NCBI GenBank assembly: GCA_002269645.1
Contig: NIVC01003996.1
Coordinates: 1-64,000 of the forward strand
Length of the DNA stretch: 64,000 bases
Direction: 5' to 3'
Origin: Macrostomum lignano
Taxonomy: Eukaryota
The notes under the pieces were generated by a model. It was not told where the DNA came from. It saw nothing but the letters and a program-made list of their open reading frames with translations, and searched no databases. The translations under genes were made by a program, and so were the position numbers. Of the stretch, positions 1-9,469 are shown in pieces; within the stretch, counting starts at the first letter, position 1, and every line of letters begins with the position of its first letter.

Positions 1-68
1 TTAATTATCAAATTTGAATAGACCTTAAGTCTAACTTGTATTAGGCTTATATCTATAAACATGCTTGG

Positions 69-224
69 GCGCAAACCTTGGGATTCACTCGGCCGTTTCT
101 ATTGGCAAACACACACACGTAAGTCGCTATTGGATGGAATAGTAGTCACGTGACTACTCTCAGCCAATAGCGACTTACATGTATGTGTTGCCAATAGAAA
201 CGGCGGTGATTCCCAAAGTTGCGC
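69..224. mobile_element. Imperfect 156-bp palindrome (MITE/foldback-like)
   Basis: The left arm gcgcaaaccttgggattcactcggccgtttctattggcaaacacacacacgtaagtcgctattgg matches the reverse complement of the right arm (ccaatagcgacttacatgtatgtgttgccaatagaaacggcggtgattcccaaagttgcgc). The centre is a perfect 18-bp palindrome, agtagtcacgtgactact (141-158). No TSD recognised. Confidence 0.7.
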
Positions 225-2212
225 ATGTATGTCTATAAATTAGATCATTGATAGGCTATTATCATAATGTCAATGAATAAAAGGCTAAAACATAGGCCTA
301 GATTTTTTTTCTAATTCTAATGTTAGCTAGGCCTAGGCCTAGAAATTATAGAATCTTATTATTTTTTAACTTGGTATCCTAGTTAGGCCTAGTACCCACC
401 TAGGTTAGCCTAATCTAAAAAGGCATAAAGCTAAATGACATGATTTTAATATTTAAAAACCTAGATCTAAAATTATAAAAGGCTTATTTTAATCAATATA
501 AAATAGGTTACATAGATAATTTATAAAAGCTAGAATGATTAAGCCTAGATATAATTTCATTTATTTTCTATTAGAATTAGGCCTACTCTAGATTAATTAG
601 GGCCTACTTATAAAAATAGGCCTAGCTTTACTATCAGTCTATATGATATGATCTAATCTATGATTTAAAAAGGCCTAGGAGGCCTAGCTAGATAGATTTG
701 CCTATCTATATTGATACTTTAGCTAAGCTAAGTTAGACCTAGTATTTCAAATTCAAAATAGCCTAAGTAGGCCTAGGCCTTGTATTTATATGTATAAGCT
801 AGGGGGGCCTATGCTAGGCCTAGTTATGGCCTGGCCAAGCAATAGGACTATGCCTAGGCCTAGCTTCTGCCTTCTAGGATAGGGGTTTAGCTATAGGCCT
901 AGGCCATAGGCCCTAGTCAGTACCAGCCAGTGTAAATAGCATTGAGAAAAAGGAAGCTATAGTATTAGCTAAATAATCAAGAATAGGCCTACCTAGTCCT
1001 AGACTCCTAAGCCCTAGCCCCTAGGCCTAGTCAAATCCTCATTGTATTATTTATACCTAATCTAATATTCTTGACTTAGACAAATATATATATATCTAAT
1101 ATATATATATATTTATTTATTTATTTATTTATAGACAACTAATGAACCATATCATCAGGCTTTCAAAAAAATTGAATTGTGCCTAACAGCCTAAGCCCTA
1201 AGTACAATTAAAGACTAATTATAATTACAGCAGTGCATTCCTTGCAATATGCAGTGGACAATACTCAGATCAGATTTCAGAGCAATTTGTCAATATCAAG
1301 CTTAAGGCCACTTCGACACCCGATAAGACCAGAGAAAACCTGATAAAGTACAACTGTACAAGTGTCATGCTTTTACATTAGGCCTAGTGCCGGCGTGTGC
1401 GCGTGTATAGCTGTTTACACTTTACACGTTTGTTTTCTTTTCATGGATCATTCGTTCGATGTGTGAAGTAAGACTAAATCGGTGCCAAAAAACGATTCCG
1501 GAAACATAAAAGCAAATTTAATATCTCATTAGCACTCAAGTAAAAATGCCAAGCAGTCGCCACTGCAAGCAATCTTCAAGTTTAATTTTCATAGTCGGAT
1601 TGTAAGTAAATGCTTCATTTATTTGTTCTGGGCAATCGATTGAATTAAACAATGCAATTAACACAGTACAGCACGAGTATTCAACCAATAATTAAACATC
1701 TGAGTTGTCGCCGGACCGCGGCCGACCCTACCACCCCTCCTCCTGACAATAATTGCCACCTAAAGGAATAGAACTTTTATACCATTATTTGTAAACTCAA
1801 AATCAATTTAAAAAATAAATTTTAACACCATAAATATACAACGCTATATTAAATGCTCTTGATCTAACGTGTAGATACTCATCATCATATTCTCTCCTTA
1901 ATTCTTACTATCTCACCTTCAGACTGTGTCCTTGAAAGGAAAATGATTCACTATAGTAATATAATGTAATATAATACGAGTATAAACTCTCTCTCAATAT
2001 ACTTAAATTCAAGCGATGTTTGTCCGTTTATTTGTCAATTTTATATCTCTCTGAAACTATACTGGCCAAACTTTGATGGGATGACATGCAGCGGCAGAAG
2101 GAGAGCGCGGACCCAGAATAGAAGCCTTCAATTACAGACAGGATCATTGACAATACTAGCATCAGCAGCAGCCGGTGCCAACAGTTTCCCATTGATTTCT
2201 GAAACTCTGGAG

Positions 2213-2290
2213 CAGAGGTCGGCAAACTCCGGCCCGCAACCCTCTCAACCCTCTTTGAAACTTCACTCAATGTACAAGGTTTGCAGTCTC
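2213..2290 (+). mobile_element. hAT-Charlie (MER58-like) left terminus fragment
   Basis: cagaggtcggcaaactccggcccgc matches the MER58/Charlie-type TIR CAGGGGTCGGCAAACT.CGGCCCGC and the copy at 52703. It runs into a CT-rich tract. Confidence 0.55.
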
Positions 2291-2835
2291 AATTCGACTC
2301 TCTTCTCTATCCCTTCTGCTCTACCTTCTTGCCTCGCCTTTTTTCTCCCCTCTTTTATCTTTGTTTCCACTCCTAACTCTCCCCTTTCCCTTCTCTCTCT
2401 CCCCTCTCTCCCCCTCTTCCCCCTTTTCTCTCTCCCCTCTTCTCTTATCTTCAGCAAAAATGTCGGAAAATTTTCTTACTTCGAATGAGAGGGAATAGAA
2501 GATTAAAGACAAGCAAACAGAGGAGAGGCGAGAGATTCGATATGAGAGAAAAGGTAGAAGAGAAGAGAAGAGAAGAGGGGAGGAGAGAGATCAGAGAGAA
2601 GAGCAGAGGAGAGGAGAGAGGAGAGGAGAGAGGAGAGAAGATGGGAGAGAAGCGAGGGGAGAGGGGAGAGAGGTGGGAAGGGAGAGAGGAGAAGTGAGAA
2701 CAGAGAGAGTACGCAGAGAGGTGGCAGATATGAGAGAGTAGAGAGGAGACATGAGAGAGTAGAGAGGGAAGAGAAGAGAGCAGAGAAAAGAAAAGAGAAA
2801 GGAAAGAGAAGAGAGAAGGCGGAAGAGAAGAGTGA
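2290..2835. repeat. Low-complexity CT tract (about 2290-2460) followed by GA tract (about 2505-2835)
   Basis: Seen directly. It explains the low-complexity ORFs at 2081-2697. Confidence 0.85.
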
Positions 2836-4476
2836 GGATGTATTTTGCTACGAATTTTCTTATTAGCTTATTTTTTCAAACAAAATGTTTATGATTGAAA
2901 AATATAGTTGATGAAAGCTTCTTGCATTTTTAATGAAATATGCACACAATGAAAATGCACAACAGAAATACAATAAGTCATTGTTCGAAGACGAATCTGA
3001 ATTTTTCAAATGCTAGTGTACATGCGAATTGATTTGAGCAATCTTTCACTCGCGAAGCTACTGGCCCACAAGGCTCTTGTAATTGCATTTATTTTTCATA
3101 AACAGTGTCTATCGTATAATATCCACGAACATGCACGTTGACGTCACCCGGGGCTATATTAAAACACCTTGCGCAACCCCTGGGCAACGCTGAAAGGTAC
3201 AGCTACATGTATATAGCTACCAGACCTCGTCCCTAGACTGTCCGCCTCTGGATGGTGCGGTAGCTGACATTGCGGCAAAGATTCCATTATCTGGACAGCA
3301 GGCCCGGGCTGTTTGAAAGACACCCTATTCACTCTTATTTCTAGTCCCGAGATCATGCGTCATGCGATCACGTGAGCGTCATGCGTGTGATATTGAAGGC
3401 CGTGACTTGTCCTTGACCTCCGCTGTACCAAGCAACCCTGATGACGTCACCCGTCAGCCCCGATGTGATTGGACGAGAAATTTGAGTGGTAACGTAACAG
3501 GCAGGATAAAGCTTGGGAAAGATAGGAGGGAAAATAGGGGTCATAAAACTGTCACACGCATGAATGATTTCAAAAAAGAAAGAATCGGTGCGGTTGGCGC
3601 GCGGGGGAATGTGGTGGGCGATAAGCATGAGTCATCACAGGAATCATAGGGAAAGAAGGGAGGGTGCGCTAAAGTTATTGGGGCCCAGCTGACGTGCAAT
3701 CAAGGTAGTGTATATGACATAATCCACACAGCTAAACTTACATTCACCATTCATGCAGATTTGAAATGATTAAAGTGACTTATACGGTGTGAAAACTATT
3801 GTGTATAGTATGTATACCTTAATTTGTGTTCGCACCTCGCATACACTACACCACAAATCAATTTTAATAATTTAGACTAATTGCTAGTCGAAAATTAAGT
3901 AATTGATGAACTTCTGATTGTTTATATAAGCCTTTTATTGTTGAAAAAACTTACGGGTACTCAACACGGACGACAGGGCGCCTAAAACTTGCAATGTTTG
4001 GCGTATCTCTAGAACTCAATGCTCTATTGCTGTGAAAAAGTCAACTTGGCTCAATATCACTCAGGAATGCCTTGGCCCCCCGTCTCTAACATTTAGTTAT
4101 AATAATGGATTGAGTGGCCAGAGCAGAAGTGAGGACGCTCTCTCATGGGTGACAGAGGTCCAGTAAGCACTTAGGACTATCTAGGACACTGAAGGTTAGC
4201 CCTAAGCAGCTGCATTGTCCACATGAGGATACAAGTATTTAAACGTCCATGAGCTGAGAGGCCAAGCCATGAAATTCCAAGCCCAATAAAACAGTCTTCA
4301 TTTTCATTTCTCTTCCCATTAAAGCATTGAAAAATGCACTATAGCAAAAAATATAAATTGTGAGCAAGTGTCTGGATGAATTCTCCTCCTCTTGCAAATA
4401 AATCAGCAGAAAATCATTGGATACTTACAAATCAACTCAGCAAATTATAAACTTCAACAAAAGACAATACAATTAA

Positions 4477-5415
4477 ATGGCTCTTCACCAGATTCTACTG
4501 GTGTCTCTTGCGTCCGTTCTGCTCTGCACCTCTGAAGCCTCAATTTCCGGAGATCGCTACCCGGTCCTCCAGCGCACCTGCCTCAACAAGTCTTTGTCCG
4601 AGTGGACCCTCCCTAAGCCGGCCGTCTCCATTCTGCAGTGCATCTTTCTGAGTCGTCTGCAGAAGCTTTCAGCCAATCGGTGGCCCAGTTCAGCTCGCGA
4701 ACTGCCACCTGTTCGCTGTTTCTCTTCAGCCGAGTCTACCACCTGTTCAACCTGAGCAGCCCCGCTGATGGTCCGTCAGACGAGGCCAATTCGTTCAAGC
4801 TCGTTGTGGACTCAGAGCTTGACGTGCTCACCGCCAATCGGCACTTTGCCGCCGTGTGGCTCAGAGGCAGAGGCGAGCAACTCGAGAACCTCGTGTGCAG
4901 CGATGGCGGACAGAAGAACGCCGTCCAGCACACCGGAGTGACTTGGACTGACGAGGGCGCCAAGATGGACGGCCTGACATCCAGGATGTGGGTGGACGAC
5001 ACCGCCGGGTTTGAATTTAAGAAAACAGCTTCACGTTTCTGATGGAGCTGAAGAGGCAGCCGTAGATAAGTGCTTTCATTGAGCTCACCGACTGCAGCTT
5101 CAATTCTGGGAATGGGACCTACCCAAGGTGACTCGCAAGCTCTACATTCAAACCGGACACCGGAACTTGTTATCCATTAACCAGGAGCTGCTAATGATCA
5201 TGAACAGGACCTGTCTGTTCGTTGACGGTTCTTTTATTCCCGGCAACCAAGTGTCTCTCTACAACGTCAAATTTGCCAAAATAGACAACTTCTGCATGAA
5301 GATCAGCTGGCGCGACCTGACTGGCTCGAACTTCAAAATAAACGGCACCGTGAAGATGCTGGCCGTGTACAACTTCTACCTGACCGCCGACGTCATCAAC
5401 CGGCTGTTCAACTGA
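4477..5415 (+). pseudogene. Secreted PAN/apple + LamG/ConA-like domain protein, disrupted
   Basis: Signal peptide MALHQILLVSLASVLLCTSEA; PAN-like segment SILQCIFL...VAQFSSRTATCSLF; LamG-like end GTVKMLAVYNFYLTADVINRLFN*. Continuity needs frameshifts at about 4678, 5026 and 5123 and readthrough of an in-frame TAG at 5063. No introns. Confidence 0.65.
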
Positions 5416-6250
5416 GCGATTGTGAAGGATATGTCTCTGAAAATTAAAGTAAAGTAAATTAACTGTTGTAACGTTTACTGCTGCAGTTCAAAGTTCTCAG
5501 CAAAATTCACGAGCTGATACCGTTTTGCAACTGCATTCGATTACGTACTCAGCGTGTTTTCAGTTGTTGATACTAGCTAGATGCATATAGCAAGACCGTT
5601 ATAATTGGAGACCCTCAAGCCTAAGCTATCTGAAGCCGATACAGCGTCGCTGGGAAATGGGTACTTTTATATTTAACCGACGTTTTGCAGACGTATAACA
5701 GCGTTTATATATTAGTGTAGTATAAAAGACTGACATATTAGCTAGCGACGTCTATTGACAATCGGAAAGACGGAAATTGTTATGAAAATGTTGTATTAAT
5801 TTCAATATCTGTCCACTGTACAGCAGATCTGTATTCATTCGCGAAGATTTTTGTCATTAGCTAAAAAAATTATACATGCTGAGAACCTACAGTAAACTGA
5901 ATCGTCGCTTATTCCGTTATTCATTTCCAGATATTTTAGTAACCAACTTTCAGATGCTTTGCTATACTTCAAACTCACTTAATCCCATGTTAAATGCGCG
6001 TGAAAAGAAGATAGCTCACAAAAAAGTCTTATATGCAATGTGCATAGTACAGGTTCACTTTCATGGAAATTACATGGGCTGTCCTGAGAACTCTTAAACT
6101 TAGCTAACTGATTGCTTGACGAACTAATCGCAAGAGACAACTGAACCACCGGTGGAAAGTCCTTTGACGCGAGGTTCTCCTTTTGTTAGTATTTGTTCAG
6201 GAAAACCGAAGCACAATTAAAACTGCACAATTATGTAAAGAAATTCTAAA

Positions 6251-6548
6251 TCCTCATTCAAGATCCCCTTCCCAGATCCTCATCCTAGATCCCCATCTCA
6301 AATCCCCATTCCGAATCCCCATTTCAGATCCCATCCCAGATCCCCATCCCAGATCCCCATCCCAGATCCCCATCCCAGATCCCCATCCCAGATCCCCATT
6401 CCAGATCCCCATCCCAAATCCCCATTCCGAATCCCCATTTCAGATCCCATCCCAGATCCCCATTCCAGATACACATCTCAGATCCCCATTCCAGATACAC
6501 ATCTCAGATCCCCATTCCAGATACACATCTCAGATCCCGATCCCAGAT
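6251..6548. repeat. Minisatellite (cccagatccccat/t), unit about 13-14 bp
   Basis: Tandem units seen directly. Confidence 0.9.
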
Positions 6549-6719
6549 TCTCAGAACTTTAAGGTTAGCCCAACCGGAAGTCAAAGTATATGCTTGAGAG
6601 GGTTTTGATGTACAGTAATAAAGTTTTGCATGAACACTTAATCGAGAAGGTTGCAACTTTCCAGGAAAACTGATGTTCTTAGACAAAGCTGTAATAAGTT
6701 TAGCAACGAATTTTTATGA

Positions 6720-7069
6720 TTATTAGAGATAGGGGCTGTGTGCACCCAGGCGCACTTTAAGCGACATTGTGACACAACCGGCGAGAGGCATTGCAGCCCA
6801 TTCCGCCGACTCCCCTGAGCAGGCACACAAGCGCGCGGATACGTATGCAGTCATACGCACAGGAGTGTACAGCGGCCCTAACTTTATTTATATCGTTAGG
6901 CATGTACACTTCACTGCGCCTTGGGGGTTGGCCTTTAAGGCCATTAATTGCACGAGCAGAGCCAAGCCGAGATTCCAATTCAGCCCCAAATTAATGTGAC
7001 TGCACTTGGAATCGAGCCTGGGCCGCTGGCACTTCGGAGCGCTGCGCTAGACCGCTGGGCTACGGCCCC
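6720..7069 (-). mobile_element. tRNA-derived SINE, family A, full-length copy
   Basis: The minus strand begins GGGGCCGTAGCCCAGCGGTCTAGCGCAGCGC...GGCTCGATTCC, with an A box (TAGCCCAGCGG) and a B-like box (GGCTCGATTCC). It ends in an A-rich tail (ctctaataatcataaaaa) and aligns along its length with 8476-8835. Confidence 0.8.
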
Positions 7070-7302
7070 GTAGCTACGACTTATGCAGCTGAAGGTTATA
7101 ATGTACTTCATTTCAATAAATGACAAATTCTAAATATATTGACCATAGAAATATCGATCTTTATTGGACAAGCACAGCCATTGAATCTGAAGAAATCTAA
7201 AATAGGAAAAAGAGCCAAAAGAAAGATTCAGCCTACAATTGAATTAAATCAACCACTCCCAGAAACCCCACAGTTCGATTATTATTCGGCCTGAGAATGA
7301 AA

Positions 7303-8461
7303 TCAGGATGCACTGAACACCTGTAGTCTCCTGTTGTAACTGTCAGCCACCACCAGCTGCTCACGCGGACCTCCCGTCACCATCGCCAGACCCAATGGAT
7401 ACGTGAATCCTCCGTCACCTCTGTCGCTCTCGCCCGGAGTCCCCAGAGTCCACAGCAACGACCCGTCGTTTGCAGCCACCGCTCGCACTGAATGACGCGA
7501 CCAATCACTCACGAAGAGGCGGCCTCTTCTGTCGACGGCCACATCCACTGTACCAGCAAACTGGTGGAGGCCGGAACGCTGAGTCGGGAAGGAGGCGACC
7601 AGCTGTTGGGTGTCGATGCTCACTCTGTGTACATGACTATGCGTCAATTCTGTCACCAGAATGCAGTTGTCGTGAGTCGCCAAGTTGCCCAATCGAGCAT
7701 CAGGAAGCTGAGACAGCGTGATGACCGTCTCCATCTGCCAAGTCGCTTTGCTGAGTGCAGCAATTTTGTTTCCACTGGACACAAACAGGGAAAGTACGTT
7801 GCTGCCGATTCCCCTGATGTCACAAAAGCCCTCAATGTGGTGGAAGGACACGACGCACCGCGCGACCGCTCAGATCCGTCACTGTCACTGCGTCATGCTG
7901 AGCAATAAACAGCAGCTGACGGTCGCAGTGAAGGCTCCATATGTGCTTCTTCCAGTCGATGTCGCATTGGCACCGCAACTTCTTTGAGCCGTCCACAGAC
8001 AGCACCAGTAGGTGGTCTCTGTTCGGATAGAATGATGCAAAGATGCAGGGATGATGCAGTGCTTTTCTGCGTTCTCTCACTGAGTCGGCGGGGACCACAC
8101 GGCCTGAGCGGTCACCAACGAATCCGCTGGTGTCGCTGCACACAGCCAGCCAATTAACAGGGCCATCCAGCTTCACCTCATGACTGAAAACCATCGGCCC
8201 CAACATTCTCTCTCTCTCAGCGGCTATATCTCTGTCTATCTCCTCGGATGTTGCGGTCACCGCAGCGTCTCTCGACCAGTCGCCCTCTTCACTGCGTCCC
8301 GCACAAATGCCGACCAACCGCTCGAGCTGGCCCAGAAGCCGCAGCTGCAGCTCCTCATTGTCGCTCTGGTCTCTGAGCAGGCGCTCTGACCTCTCAAAGT
8401 CGGCCTCCAAGTCTCCAAGCGATTCGTGCATGGACTGGACCAGGCGAAGCAGCTCCGCCAT
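7303..8461 (-). CDS. Coiled-coil + NHL-repeat beta-propeller protein, intronless, one frameshift at about 7850
   Basis: ATG at 8461 (MAELLRLVQSM..., amphipathic coil). The frame shifts from RRVLPPH* to VSFHHIEGF. NHL motifs: VDVAVDRRGRLFVSDWSRHSV and FTYPLGLAM...LVVADSYNRRLQVF*. It may be a pseudogene or an assembly indel. Confidence 0.8.
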
Positions 8462-8475
8462 GTCGCCTGCAGCCT

Positions 8476-8835
8476 CCACCGTGGCCCACGGTAGCGCAGC
8501 TGTCTGGTGTGCCAGCGACTTAGGCTCGATTCCAAGTGCAGTCACATTAATTTTGGGCTGAATTGGAATCTCGGCTTGGCTCTGCTCGTGCAATTAACGG
8601 CCTTGAGAGCCAAACCCCCCAAGGCGCAGTGAAGTGTACATGCCTAACGATAAAATAAAGTTAGGGCCGCTGTACACTCCTGTGTGAGTGTGTGCCTGCG
8701 TACGTATCCGCGCGCTTGTATGCCTGCTCAGGGGAGTCGGCGGAATGGGCAGTAATGCCTCTCGCCGGTTGTGTGCCTATGTCGCTTAAAGTGCGCCAGG
8801 GTGCACACAACCCCCCTGCCTCTAATAAAAAAAAA
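8476..8835 (+). mobile_element. tRNA-derived SINE, family A, full-length copy (inverted relative to 6720-7069)
   Basis: Degenerate head ccgtggcccacggtagcgcagc...aggctcgattcc, the same body as the copy at 6720-7069, and tail ctctaataaaaaaaaat. Confidence 0.8.
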
Positions 8836-9469
8836 TACGTGTGAGGGTGGGTCAACCGGAAGACTAACTCAGTCCAGAATCGAATATAATGTACATTGCA
8901 CGGGTCTTACTCCACGGAAATTCCATGGTCAGTCCAGATAACTCTTCGACCTAATCACTTGTAATACATAAACATTTAGTCGTTTTTAGAATGAATCGCA
9001 GTGTATCCTCACCGCACGTATCTGTGCGAACCCCACAGACCTACGAATTTCTGTAAAAAACTTGGGTTGTTCACTACAGTTATAGTCAAGTGTTCATGCT
9101 ACTACAGTACTACTCTGACCCCAATGTAAAATGAGTAGTATGTAATGCACTAGGCCAGAAAATCTATTAGATTCTGGTCAAATTTGCAATTAGGGCTGGG
9201 TGTACATTCGATTTTGTACGCGGCGGGAGGTTGGGTGCAGAAATTCATGTCGCTTTGAGTCAAAACCCGTCTCCGATTGGCTCGTCTCTGAAAGACTTTT
9301 TAAAAAGGTCTTTTTAAAGTTATATCTGCGAGTAGAAATTGAAGCACTGACATTGAGCATTCATTCTATCATTTCGGCAACACTAAAGGTAGTCTCAGCC
9401 CTACAGATGAAGGATCAGCTTATTGGCAGCTCCGTTAGCTAATTATCGGTGCATCAACATTGAGCAGCC

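Noticed and set aside
3436-3482. Hammerhead ribozyme (CTGATGA ... GAAA), also CTGATGAG at 22191
   Set aside because: The stem II to GAAA register is wrong (gacg-a-gaaa; gagt-gttt) and no stems I/III were found.
6720-8828. Single TIR DNA transposon (Pack-type) carrying the NHL gene
   Set aside because: The inverted arms have tRNA heads on the inside and A-rich tails on the outside, occur singly elsewhere and show no TSD, so they are two SINEs.
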